Source of the DNA: a virus
Lineage: Duplodnaviria > Caudoviricetes
Length of the DNA: 30,313 nucleotides
IMG/VR virus record: IMGVR_UViG_3300036793_000157
Coordinates: 1 to 30,313 of that record
Strand: one strand, 5' to 3'
Shown here piece after piece: positions 16,919-25,233 of the stretch. Under the pieces are notes generated by a model. It had not been told where the DNA came from. It did not search any database and was given only the letters and a program-made list of their open reading frames with translations. Made by a program: the position numbers and the translations under genes. The first letter of the stretch is position 1, and the number at the start of each line of letters is the position of its first letter.

Positions 16919-18531
16919 GCGACTCCGTTCTTCTTGCGGATGACCCGCAGCATGGCCGCCCGATTCGGGGTGGACTCCAGGGCGATCCTGCGCAGGAGTT
17001 GGTCCTCGGTGAGCACCGTTCCCGAGGCGGTGCGGTAGGACTTCTTCGCGAACGGGTTCCCGCCGTCGTCGGCATCGACGTCGTCCGGGGGCCCATCCGC
17101 CGCCTGCGGGTCGTCGGTGGCCTCGGGGTCCTCTTCATCGCCCGGGGGCACGTCGATGCCGTCAGCGGCGTTCTGAGCCCGCATCATGTCGTCGGTGTCC
17201 TGGCCGGGCCACTGCGGACCCATGCCGGGCACCTGGACGGGCACTCCGTTGATCGTCTGCGGGAATGCCGGGTAATCGGGTTGTATCTGTACGGTAAAGC
17301 ACATTTTGCAAAATCCGCAGGATACGCTGCCGTCACTTCTGGCAATTACTTGCCCAGAACCGCATGAAGGACAATTACCCGTAAGAATGTTGTCTTCCAG
17401 CGTAAATGCGTTAGTCCCGTGGGCACGGATGCAATACACCGGTTCGATTTTCCCAGTGGGTCGTACTGATTCCACGGTCCATCCGAGTCGGGGCGGAACG
17501 GGCGTCGCCTTGACTCGTGCTCGCTGATCGTCGCGGAGGAAGAACTCGGGCAGGAGGTCGTCTGGTGCCAGGCTCATGTTGTGGATCATGCTCGTGACGC
17601 CGAAGCCGGTCCGGAGTTTGCTGCTCGGCTCGAAGGTCCCGATGCCCAGAACGAGCGCGATGTCGCGCACGTGGAGGAGATCGTCGATCGAAGACGACGA
17701 GATCGACGGGCAACCCTTGGCGTCCATTGAACCATCGGCGGCGAAGTAACCCATCAACCAGCCCAGTAGGTACTCGGGAGTGTCCGTCAAGGACGGGAGG
17801 GTCTTGGTGTACCCCTTCATCCCCGAGGTGTACCTCAGGCCCGGGACTCCCTTGTCCGTCTGGACTTCGTACGCCCGCGTGGCGATCTCGTCGAAGTACT
17901 TCGACAGATCGCGCTTGCTGCCCCACAGAGTGGCCACTCCGTAGGTGGTGGACTGCCGGTGCTGGATGGCGCCGTCGCCGAAGACGAAGCCCATACGGAT
18001 GCCCTCGCGGTCCGGCGTGATGTCGAACTGCTGGGGGCGCAGTTTCGCCAGCCGGTGACCCCTGCTCAGGAGATCCGTCGTCACCACGCGGTCAGGGCGG
18101 CGGACGAGCCACCGATGCCCGGCCGTGGCGCGGATGACCTTGGTCTTCTGGTTGCGCTTGAGCGTGACCTCCCACAACTCCTGCTCGCCCAGCTCCTGCA
18201 CGGGCGCCTGCATCCAGTAGCCGCCGTGGGGCTCGTCGATGGAGCCAGTGAGGACCCACTGAGTGGTGCCAGCCGCCTCCGCGAGCGTCATCACGCCGTC
18301 CCGGGTGAGGAACCGCGTCTCTCCGCCGAAGCAGTGATAAATGACTTGGGGGTCACCAGAATCGTGAGCCATCTTGATGATCGGCGGCATATCTTCGGAA
18401 AGAAGCCGTGCGAACTTCTGGGCCGGAGAGGCATCCTCGGGCAGCGGCTCGAATCCACTTCGGACTGCGTACCGATCGGTTCTGTTACTCATCTGGGTAT
18501 GGTATCCCGACGAGGTATCTTGATCAGTCAC
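16915..18531 (-). CDS. Zn-ribbon protein interrupted by a LAGLIDADG intein
   Basis: GTG 18531 with SD GGGAGG (alternative ATG 18492). The spliced product would read ...QVIYH|CPSCGSGQVIARSDGSVSCGFC..., followed by an acidic linker and a helical C-terminus. Confidence 0.8.
   Translation of the reverse strand: MTDQDTSSGYHTQMSNRTDRYAVRSGFEPLPEDASPAQKFARLLSEDMPPIIKMAHDSGDPQVIYHCFGGETRFLTRDGVMTLAEAAGTTQWVLTGSIDEPHGGYWMQAPVQELGEQELWEVTLKRNQKTKVIRATAGHRWLVRRPDRVVTTDLLSRGHRLAKLRPQQFDITPDREGIRMGFVFGDGAIQHRQSTTYGVATLWGSKRDLSKYFDEIATRAYEVQTDKGVPGLRYTSGMKGYTKTLPSLTDTPEYLLGWLMGYFAADGSMDAKGCPSISSSSIDDLLHVRDIALVLGIGTFEPSSKLRTGFGVTSMIHNMSLAPDDLLPEFFLRDDQRARVKATPVPPRLGWTVESVRPTGKIEPVYCIRAHGTNAFTLEDNILTGNCPSCGSGQVIARSDGSVSCGFCKMCFTVQIQPDYPAFPQTINGVPVQVPGMGPQWPGQDTDDMMRAQNAADGIDVPPGDEEDPEATDDPQAADGPPDDVDADDGGNPFAKKSYRTASGTVLTEDQLLRRIALESTPNRAAMLRVIRKKNGVA
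17374..18333 (-). mobile_element. Intein (320 aa) with LAGLIDADG homing endonuclease
   Basis: Block A CFGGETRFLTRDG, block B IRATAGHRW, LAGLIDADG motifs MGFVFGDG and LMGYFAADG, block F VYCI, terminal ILTGN followed by Cys+1. Confidence 0.93.
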
Positions 18532-19030
18532 GAGGCCCTCCCAGCGCCTGGCCGAGCAGCTCCCTGCTGGCCAGCCGGAGAACCTCGGTGCGGTCTTCCT
18601 CGTCCAGTTCGGCCAGGTGCTCGCGGAGACTGGCCGTCTGCCGGAGGCGGGTCTCCACGAGAGCCAGAGCTTCCTCCGCGTAGTCCCCGGCCTCCGCGAG
18701 GGCACCCTGGGATGCCAGCGACTGCACGACGCTGCCTGGGCCGCCCGTGGCCATCAGGTGCGCTGCGCCGGTGGTCCGGATGGGTCCGACGCTCAGGGAG
18801 TCCTCCAGGCCGTCCTGGGCAGCGAAGGAGGCGGTCACCCGCCGGTTGGCCGGTGCCACAGAGTCATCCAGCGAAGCGAGGAAGCTGACGCTGCCCTGCC
18901 GGGGTCCGCTCAGCCACTGGACGTGACCGGAGAGAGCTGAGGACAGGACAAGGATCTGGCCGTGCGACCCCAGCGGCGTTCCGTCGCTTCCGTCACCGAT
19001 GCTGGTGACCATCTGGCCCTCGTGGAACAT
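18524..19030 (-). CDS. Hypothetical head-module protein
   Basis: 168 aa, SH3-like N-terminus and helical C-terminus. Tightly coupled to its neighbours. Confidence 0.65.
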   Translation of the reverse strand: MFHEGQMVTSIGDGSDGTPLGSHGQILVLSSALSGHVQWLSGPRQGSVSFLASLDDSVAPANRRVTASFAAQDGLEDSLSVGPIRTTGAAHLMATGGPGSVVQSLASQGALAEAGDYAEEALALVETRLRQTASLREHLAELDEEDRTEVLRLASRELLGQALGGPRD

Positions 19031-19897
19031 TCACGCCTCCGGGTAGTGGAGCACCGACCGACGGGCCAGGTGAAAGGTCTCGGGCAGCGACAGACCCGGG
19101 TTCATCCGGGAGATCGTGGCCATCCGGGGGAACACCTGGCCGTTCTTCTTCCCTGCGAAAACCCGGCGGCCCTGGGAGAACGAGTCCCGGCCCCACTCCG
19201 TGCGCAGCGGCGGCCGATACGGGTCGACCTCGGGGTGCTTGTCGACGTCGGCCAGCGATCCGCACTTCTCGTGGCAGAACCAGTGCGCGTGTTCCCTCTG
19301 ATCCGCCCGCAGCGAGGTATCCGGCGCGTAGCAGACCGGGCAGCTCGCCTGCTTGAGCAGGACGCCTTCGGGCTCGACCTCGGTCTTCTTGCGCGCGAGG
19401 AACGGGGTCGTCGTCGAGTGGTTCGGGTAGTTGTGCGGGGCGACCAGGGGTGCGGGTGCGTCCGCCCCATAGCCGGGCGCCGGGTTGTGCTTGTCGTAGA
19501 CGTACAGGTTCGTCTCGCCGACCTGGCCGGGCACCGGGCGCGTGGGCGCGCGCGGGGTCAGGTCGGTGTGCACGGGCGCGTTCGTGGGGTTGGCACCCGG
19601 GCCGGGACCGGCGTACTCGTCCCATCCCGCCTCCGGGTCGTCGCCGACGTAGCCGGGCCACTTCTTGTCCCCGTCGGTCGGCGGCGGCATGCCGGGCTCC
19701 TTGGCGCCCTCGCGCATGAAGTCGGCGAACGAGGGACCGCCCTGGCGGGCGACGGCTACGGCCACCTTGCGCTGCTGGTCGGGGGTTCCGAACCAGACAT
19801 CCACGTTGGTGGATCCGCAGGCGTGCTTCACCAGGGGTGCGACCTCGTCGAGGTGACCCCGGTCCCCGCAGCCGAAGCAGACGATTTCGATGCTCAT
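19031..19897 (-). CDS. Zn-finger-containing hypothetical protein
   Basis: 288 aa from ATG 19897 (overlaps upstream stop, SD GAGGAG). CFGC...HACG and CPVC...CHEKC clusters with a Pro-rich linker. Confidence 0.65.
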   Translation of the reverse strand: MSIEIVCFGCGDRGHLDEVAPLVKHACGSTNVDVWFGTPDQQRKVAVAVARQGGPSFADFMREGAKEPGMPPPTDGDKKWPGYVGDDPEAGWDEYAGPGPGANPTNAPVHTDLTPRAPTRPVPGQVGETNLYVYDKHNPAPGYGADAPAPLVAPHNYPNHSTTTPFLARKKTEVEPEGVLLKQASCPVCYAPDTSLRADQREHAHWFCHEKCGSLADVDKHPEVDPYRPPLRTEWGRDSFSQGRRVFAGKKNGQVFPRMATISRMNPGLSLPETFHLARRSVLHYPEA

Positions 19898-21882
19898 CCG
19901 CGCTCCTCCTCGTCTTCGTCTTCTTCTTCGCCCGGGTTGCCGTCGGAGGAGTTGGTGGGGATCCCCTGGCGCTGTCGCTGAGGGGTGTTGATGTGCCGTT
20001 CTTCGGCGTTCTGGCGCGGCCGCTGCTTCACCGGGGCGTCCCAGTTGTTCGCGTCGTACTCGTCCCCCGACTCGACGCCTGAGGGGTTGTCGTCGCTGGA
20101 CCGGCCGATCGACTCCGCCTGGTGGTGCACTGCGGTGAACGGGTTGCTGCCGCCCGGCATGCTGCCCGCGCCCGGGGTCCCACCGGGAGTGCTTCCGCCG
20201 CCGGTCGCGAACGGGTTGCTGCCGGTCTGGTCGTTCGGGATGGTCATCGGGGATCCGGCCATCGAGCCGGGGCCGCCCGCCTCCATCGACGGCGGCGGGG
20301 TCGGCGCGTCGGAGGTGGACGTGCTCGACTGGTCGGTGGAGTCGCCCATGGAGGTGTCGGTCGAGGACACGTCGGCGGTCACCCACCGAGCACCCGTCTT
20401 GCTGTCGCCGACCTTGGCCACCCCGTACTGCTCGGCCCAGTGGTTGATGTGATCCACCACGGTGCTGCGGTCGTGCTTGGACCGACCAATCAGGCCCTTG
20501 GCGTTCTCGACGTCCTTGGCCGAGTAGATCGGGAACGAACCATCCGAGAGGGCGTGCCCACTTTTGGCCGCGTCATCCCTCTCGGACTCGGAGAAATCCC
20601 GCGCCTCACGGGTGGTCGACGCCATCACGCGGTTGCCCTGCTGGGCGACGATCCAGGGGTGGTCCTCGTGCAACCGGACACCGTGGCCCGGGTCGCCGCC
20701 GAGGTGCTTCCACACGTCGCCTTCGCGGTAGACCGGGGTGTTGCATCCGGCACACGCGCCGTGGTTGTCCTTCTCGGCCATGACCCAGATAGACGCCTGC
20801 TTCGGGGTGTTGCTGTAGGAGACCGGAGGAGCCGAGGTCGAGGACTGCGGGGTCTTCCCGTACATGTCGACGCGTTCGTCCGGCTCCGGCAGGCTCACGT
20901 CCGCCGGGAACCCGTTCTGCTGGTCGCCCGCGACACCTGCGGAGCCACCCGCGAAGTAGTCGGGGTTCGGTCCCGGACCGGTCTGGACGCCCTCGTCCAC
21001 GTAACCGGCCGACGCCCGGTGCTCGCCGAAGTTCATCGGCCGCTCGACCCAGCCCGCGTTCGGCGGCACCGACCAGTGGCCGGGCTGCATCGGGTACAGG
21101 CCGTTCATCGGATCCACCGGGTCGGGGCCCGCAGGAAACTGCGGGTACTGGCCGTCCGATCCGGTGTTCGGCCCGGCCTCCTGGCCGCCCGCGAAGTAGT
21201 TCGGGTTGCCCGCTCCGGTGCTGCCGCCCGCCGGTGCCTCGTCCGGCTCGTCGGCGGCCGTCTTGTGGAAGTCCTCCCACAGGTCCTCCACGTCGGCGCC
21301 CTTGAGGATCAGGTAGTCCTGCCTGATCGCCTTGGCCACGTGGGTGCGGAAGTCGGCGTCGGGGAACAGCTCGGCCATATCGTCTTCGCAGAGGGCCATG
21401 CGGTGGCCGAACTCGTCCTCAGTCATCGCTGCGCTCACGAACGGCCAGAGGGCCGCAGAGGCGATCTTGGCCCGGATGGCCCGCTCGTGCTGCATGTCGG
21501 CGTCGAGGTCCCGGGAAGCCTCGGTCCACAGGTCGATCGTCATCGTCTCCTCCATCGGTGCCCGCCGGGCGTTATGCAATGTCGTCACGTCCACGCTCGG
21601 ACCGGGCCCGACGTACGGGAGCGGGGAGTAGGGCGGCTTCTTGTCCGGGTTGGCCGGGTCGTTCCACATCGGATCCGTGGTGACCGGCTTCCCGACTGGT
21701 TCCGCGCCGTTATACGGGCTCGGTCCGCCGGGGGTGGCCGGGTCCTGCTCGTCACTGGCTGGCTCGAACGACAGATCCCGAGGGCTCTGAAATCCGTTGT
21801 TCGGGTCGGACGCCTGCGGGTCGAGGGTCATGCCCTCGATGTCCGCAGTCGACACGCCGTCGGCCAGCCGGTGAAGAGGCAT
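19894..21882 (-). CDS. Large low-complexity acidic protein with small embedded domains (putative internal head/core protein)
   Basis: 662 aa, Pro/Gly/Asp-rich. Repeated NP(N/D)YFAGG, CAGC...WKH mini-domain, ERDDAAKSGHALSDGSFPI...DVENA domain. Many K/R/H-x-A motifs. Confidence 0.65.
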   Translation of the reverse strand: MPLHRLADGVSTADIEGMTLDPQASDPNNGFQSPRDLSFEPASDEQDPATPGGPSPYNGAEPVGKPVTTDPMWNDPANPDKKPPYSPLPYVGPGPSVDVTTLHNARRAPMEETMTIDLWTEASRDLDADMQHERAIRAKIASAALWPFVSAAMTEDEFGHRMALCEDDMAELFPDADFRTHVAKAIRQDYLILKGADVEDLWEDFHKTAADEPDEAPAGGSTGAGNPNYFAGGQEAGPNTGSDGQYPQFPAGPDPVDPMNGLYPMQPGHWSVPPNAGWVERPMNFGEHRASAGYVDEGVQTGPGPNPDYFAGGSAGVAGDQQNGFPADVSLPEPDERVDMYGKTPQSSTSAPPVSYSNTPKQASIWVMAEKDNHGACAGCNTPVYREGDVWKHLGGDPGHGVRLHEDHPWIVAQQGNRVMASTTREARDFSESERDDAAKSGHALSDGSFPIYSAKDVENAKGLIGRSKHDRSTVVDHINHWAEQYGVAKVGDSKTGARWVTADVSSTDTSMGDSTDQSSTSTSDAPTPPPSMEAGGPGSMAGSPMTIPNDQTGSNPFATGGGSTPGGTPGAGSMPGGSNPFTAVHHQAESIGRSSDDNPSGVESGDEYDANNWDAPVKQRPRQNAEERHINTPQRQRQGIPTNSSDGNPGEEEDEDEEERG

Positions 21883-23219
21883 CAGTGGTTCCGGTTCTCC
21901 AGGAAGGCGACCCGCTGAGCGATGAACTTCTGGGCCCGCTGGATCTCCGGGTCCTGCTCGTGCTTGGACCCCGTGGCCATCTGTCGGCCGCCCATGTCGT
22001 ATTGGGTCGGCTGGCCGGGCTGGTAATTCATGCCAGGGTTGTTGGTGACGTTCTGGGCCTCGGCCGCGCCGTAGGGCTTCTCCGGCTGGCTGGGCTGGTC
22101 ACCGCCGTAGCCGTAGACGGGGTCCGGCTCGCCGAGGTTGTGTCCCGGTGCGCCCGCAGGCGGGGAGTCGGGCTGGTAGCCGCCCGCACCCATGTCCCCG
22201 GCCCAGCCGGAGTCGTCGTAACCCGCCTGCTTCATCGCGTTGGCGTAGACCTGCCGGGCGGCCGCGAGAGCCTGCCGGGACGCACCCTTGCGCTGGTCGC
22301 GCTCGGCGAGCTGCTGCTCGGTCTCGGCGATCACCTGGTTGACGTTCTGGGGCGAGGTCACCCAGGGGAACGCCACCTCCTGGGGCAGCGGTGTGGGCGC
22401 CGCGTGCGAGTCGTCCGGGCTTACCGTCTGCTGAACCTGGTCCAGGCCGGACACCGCCGTGTGGCGGCTGGCCGACCGCTGGTTGGTGGTCATCGTGCTC
22501 CCGTTCTGCTGTGTGCCGGTGTCTCCGTTGGCCTGATCCGCCGAGGGGTCGACGTGCCCGAGGGCCGGGTCATTGACCGGCACCACGTCCTGCGATGCGC
22601 CGGGGCCGTTGTTGGCCTCCAGCTCCTGAATCTGCGGCGCCCGCTCGGAGGTGGTGGCCTCCAGCGGAAGCGCGGCGTCGTAGTTGCCGTTGGAGAACGT
22701 GTCTGCGGGCATCCCCTGCTCGCCGACCTGGGGCAGCGTGCTCGCCGCCTCCTTGAGCGCACCGGTCTTCAGGTCACGGTTGCGCAGGTGGTTGATCTCC
22801 TCCAGGAAGCTGTCGTGCACCTGCTGCGCGCCGTCACCGAAGCTGCCTGAGATCACGATCGCGTGGCCGCGCGCCTGCTCGGCAAACTCGCCCCCGTCGG
22901 ACTTGACCTCGGCGGAGGTCCGGCCGTACCAGAGGGTCGCCTCTGCGGTGATCTGGTTGGCCAGCGTCGAAGTGTCGGCGGCCGTCTCGATCTCGCCGAG
23001 CCAGTCGGAGGCCGCCGTGATCCGGGAATGAGTGGGAACGGGGGTGAACCGCTCACCGATGGCCGTATTGGCCAGGTCGATGTCTCGTTCCGCCTGAGCC
23101 TGCGCGCGAAGCTGCTGCTGGGCTCGGGTGGCCTCCGCGACCAAGGTCTGCTGATCGGCGAGAGTCTGCGCCTGACCCGCTTCTTGCAGAAGCCGACGCA
23201 CGTCGTGGCTTGTGGGCAT
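21882..23219 (-). CDS. Gln/Ala-rich putative internal head/scaffold-like protein
   Basis: 445 aa from ATG 23219 (SD GAGGAAGG). First gene behind a late-promoter-like motif. Motifs RITAAS, KEAAS, RHTAV, KQAG. Confidence 0.65.
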   Translation of the reverse strand: MPTSHDVRRLLQEAGQAQTLADQQTLVAEATRAQQQLRAQAQAERDIDLANTAIGERFTPVPTHSRITAASDWLGEIETAADTSTLANQITAEATLWYGRTSAEVKSDGGEFAEQARGHAIVISGSFGDGAQQVHDSFLEEINHLRNRDLKTGALKEAASTLPQVGEQGMPADTFSNGNYDAALPLEATTSERAPQIQELEANNGPGASQDVVPVNDPALGHVDPSADQANGDTGTQQNGSTMTTNQRSASRHTAVSGLDQVQQTVSPDDSHAAPTPLPQEVAFPWVTSPQNVNQVIAETEQQLAERDQRKGASRQALAAARQVYANAMKQAGYDDSGWAGDMGAGGYQPDSPPAGAPGHNLGEPDPVYGYGGDQPSQPEKPYGAAEAQNVTNNPGMNYQPGQPTQYDMGGRQMATGSKHEQDPEIQRAQKFIAQRVAFLENRNH

Positions 23220-23249
23220 GGGAGCAACGCCTTCCTCGCGGGTGCCTTC

Positions 23250-23286
23250 TCGGACATTGGTGCGGGAAGCGCGTCCAGGACACAGG
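23250..23286 (-). promoter_or_regulatory. Candidate late promoter motif at the start of the head module
   Basis: Minus strand CCTGT-N20-ACCAA-TGTC-CGA. Confidence 0.5.
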
Positions 23287-23357
23287 AGGGCTCGCAACCC
23301 GGCCCCCAACAACTTCTATATGTGGCGGCCGAGCTGCGGTGAAACGGAACTTCCTGG

Positions 23358-23870
23358 TCAGCTCATCAATGAGCGCCACACCCGAAGGCGACGCCCCTGA
23401 TCATGGTCTGCGCGGTCGGCTCTCTGTGAGTCGGCGTACCGCTCGGTGAGGGAGATGAAGCCGTTCTTCGCGGCGGCACTGAGCATCGCCGCCATGCCCG
23501 CCGTCTTGGGCACCCGGTCGCCGAGGATGGCCCACACCTGGTCGGTGGTGAACTCGGCGTTCTCCTGGGCTGCCTGGGTGATGGCCGACTCCACGAGGAG
23601 CCTCTGCGCGGTGCTCCAGCCCTTGGCCGCCTTCTCGCTGCCCTCCCTGGCCGCGTCATGGCCGCTCACCTTCTCGGCGAGGTTCCGCAGGGTCTCCTTG
23701 GCCGAGGCCTTGTCCGTGGTCACAGGCTGCTCGTAGGAGGGGTTCTCCCAGTCGATGAAGCCGCCCGCGTGGTCGCTCCATCCGGAGCACAGTTTGTGGT
23801 TCGGGGTCGTCTTGTCGCACTGGCACTGTGCGCCGTGGTCGACGTGCCTGTTCCGGCACTCACTCGTCAT
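23358..23870 (-). CDS. Hypothetical protein: Cys/His N-terminus, probable winged-helix C-terminus
   Basis: 170 aa. C..H...CQC...H..C, then EFTTDQVW...AGMAAMLSAAAKNGFI...RVWRS. Confidence 0.6.
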   Translation of the reverse strand: MTSECRNRHVDHGAQCQCDKTTPNHKLCSGWSDHAGGFIDWENPSYEQPVTTDKASAKETLRNLAEKVSGHDAAREGSEKAAKGWSTAQRLLVESAITQAAQENAEFTTDQVWAILGDRVPKTAGMAAMLSAAAKNGFISLTERYADSQRADRADHDQGRRLRVWRSLMS

Positions 23871-24141
23871 CGGCATCCTTTCCCTGATGGACTGCGTCGT
23901 TCCAGAAGACTCCGACCTGGAAGACTCCTTCCCACAGTTCGGGGACGTCGTGGTCCTGGAAGGACGCGTAGCTGACCACGACGATGTGCGGTGGATCGAC
24001 CACGATGAGGTTCTCCGGGTCGGTGCCGAAGAACCGGGCCGCATGCGCTCGGGCGTCGTTCTCCATCTGCGCGTAGGTGAGCCCCTTGACCCTGATCGAA
24101 CAGAGCGCGCTGGCGCCGAGGAGAGACTCGTGCTTGCCCAT
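23860..24141 (-). CDS. Hypothetical protein
   Basis: 93 aa from ATG 24141, SD AGGAAGG. Confidence 0.6.
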   Translation of the reverse strand: MGKHESLLGASALCSIRVKGLTYAQMENDARAHAARFFGTDPENLIVVDPPHIVVVSYASFQDHDVPELWEGVFQVGVFWNDAVHQGKDADDE

Positions 24142-24229
24142 CCGGTGCCCCTTCCTGCGTGTGGTGAGTGCGATGATCGGGTAATCCTCCCGGGGTGGCT
24201 CGGCCATCTCTCCGGAAGGTCCCCACAGA

Positions 24230-24268
24230 CACGAGACCCCGCCGCGTCGGGAACGGCGGGGTCTCGTG
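24230..24268. terminator. Intrinsic terminator-like hairpin
   Basis: 15-bp perfect stem cacgagaccccgccg / cggcggggtctcgtg with a 9-nt loop. Intergenic. Confidence 0.75.
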
Positions 24269-24295
24269 CTCGTGATCCTCGATCTGTATCGGGGG

Positions 24296-24496
24296 CTACA
24301 GGTCGAGGAGCTTCGTGGTGACCGGCGGCTGCTTCGAGAGGTGATCGGCGAAGGCGACGGCGTCGGCCCACTTCGGTGAGGAGAACAGCGTCATTGCGCC
24401 GTCGACGTTCCATCCGTGGCCGGTCGGAGACGGATGGACGAACAGTCGTCTCGGGTCGTGGTGTGTGCGGTGAGGGTGCGGTTCGGTGGTGGTCAT
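24296..24496 (-). CDS. Small hypothetical protein
   Basis: 66 aa from ATG 24496 with SD GGGAG, followed by a terminator. Confidence 0.5.
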   Translation of the reverse strand: MTTTEPHPHRTHHDPRRLFVHPSPTGHGWNVDGAMTLFSSPKWADAVAFADHLSKQPPVTTKLLDL

Positions 24497-24552
24497 GCCC
24501 AACTCCCAGGTAGGAAGGGTTCTTCGGATATTGGTCTCGAAGGTGGCCTCGG

Positions 24553-25089
24553 TCACAGGCTCTTGGCCCGCTTGCGGAGCGTCTTGCGCATCCGCTTGAT
24601 CAAGGGCATCTCCTCCAACCACTCCTCGTCGGTGTCGCGCAGGTCGTCGTCGACGACATCGTCCGGCGCGTTGTGGAGATAGGTGGAGAAGTACTGGAAG
24701 TGCAGCTCCGGGGCGCGACGCTGGAGGAGGGCGATCACGCGCTCGATGTGCGAGGTCTCCATCGTGGCTACCTCGATGGGTCCGTCCGCGCTCTTCCACC
24801 AGCGTTTCTGCATGAGCAGGTCCAGGTGGCCGGTGAGTTCGACGGGCGGTCCCTCGTTGAGCGTCGCCCAGGTGAGGGCCTCACGGACCTTGTCAGCGGT
24901 GGCTGCCTCCTGCTCGGTGAAGTCCCGGTGCGGCAGTGTCGCTTCGATGAAGACGACTCCGTCCTCGACCACTCGGCTGAGCACCCAGGTGGCCGTGGCT
25001 TCCTGGACCTGTTCGAGGAGTGTGGGGCGGGGGTTCTGCTGGATCGCCTCGGTGAGGCGTAAAGCCAGTTCTTCGTGTGCTGAGGACAC
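24553..25089 (-). CDS. Hypothetical protein
   Basis: 178 aa from GTG 25089 with CCGCACAGGAGG leader. C-terminal WKSADG..I..M...HI..VI..L motif recurrent in phage proteins. Confidence 0.7.
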   Translation of the reverse strand: MSSAHEELALRLTEAIQQNPRPTLLEQVQEATATWVLSRVVEDGVVFIEATLPHRDFTEQEAATADKVREALTWATLNEGPPVELTGHLDLLMQKRWWKSADGPIEVATMETSHIERVIALLQRRAPELHFQYFSTYLHNAPDDVVDDDLRDTDEEWLEEMPLIKRMRKTLRKRAKSL

Positions 25090-25125
25090 TGGACCTCCTG
25101 TGCGGTCTCTCTGCGTGTTCAATTG

Positions 25126-25153
25126 ATAATACCCCTTCGGGTAGTGCTGTCAA
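25126..25153 (-). promoter_or_regulatory. SigA/HrdB-type promoter with overlapping palindrome
   Basis: TTGACA-N16-TATTAT. TACCC-GAAG-GGGTA spans the spacer and the start of the -10. Confidence 0.75.
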
Positions 25154-25233
25154 GCGGCGGATGATCTCCATTCGGGTGAAGATCCGGTGTACCCGAACGA
25201 CGAAGGGCCTCAATGGACAGACGAGGAGGTCCC

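Noticed and set aside
957-22850. Long plus-strand ORFs (e.g. 3594-6050, 14578-16761, 20122-21918, 9622-11109)
   Set aside because: Antisense shadows of GC3-biased minus-strand genes. Their translations are V/L/G/R-rich, with no motifs or SD sites.
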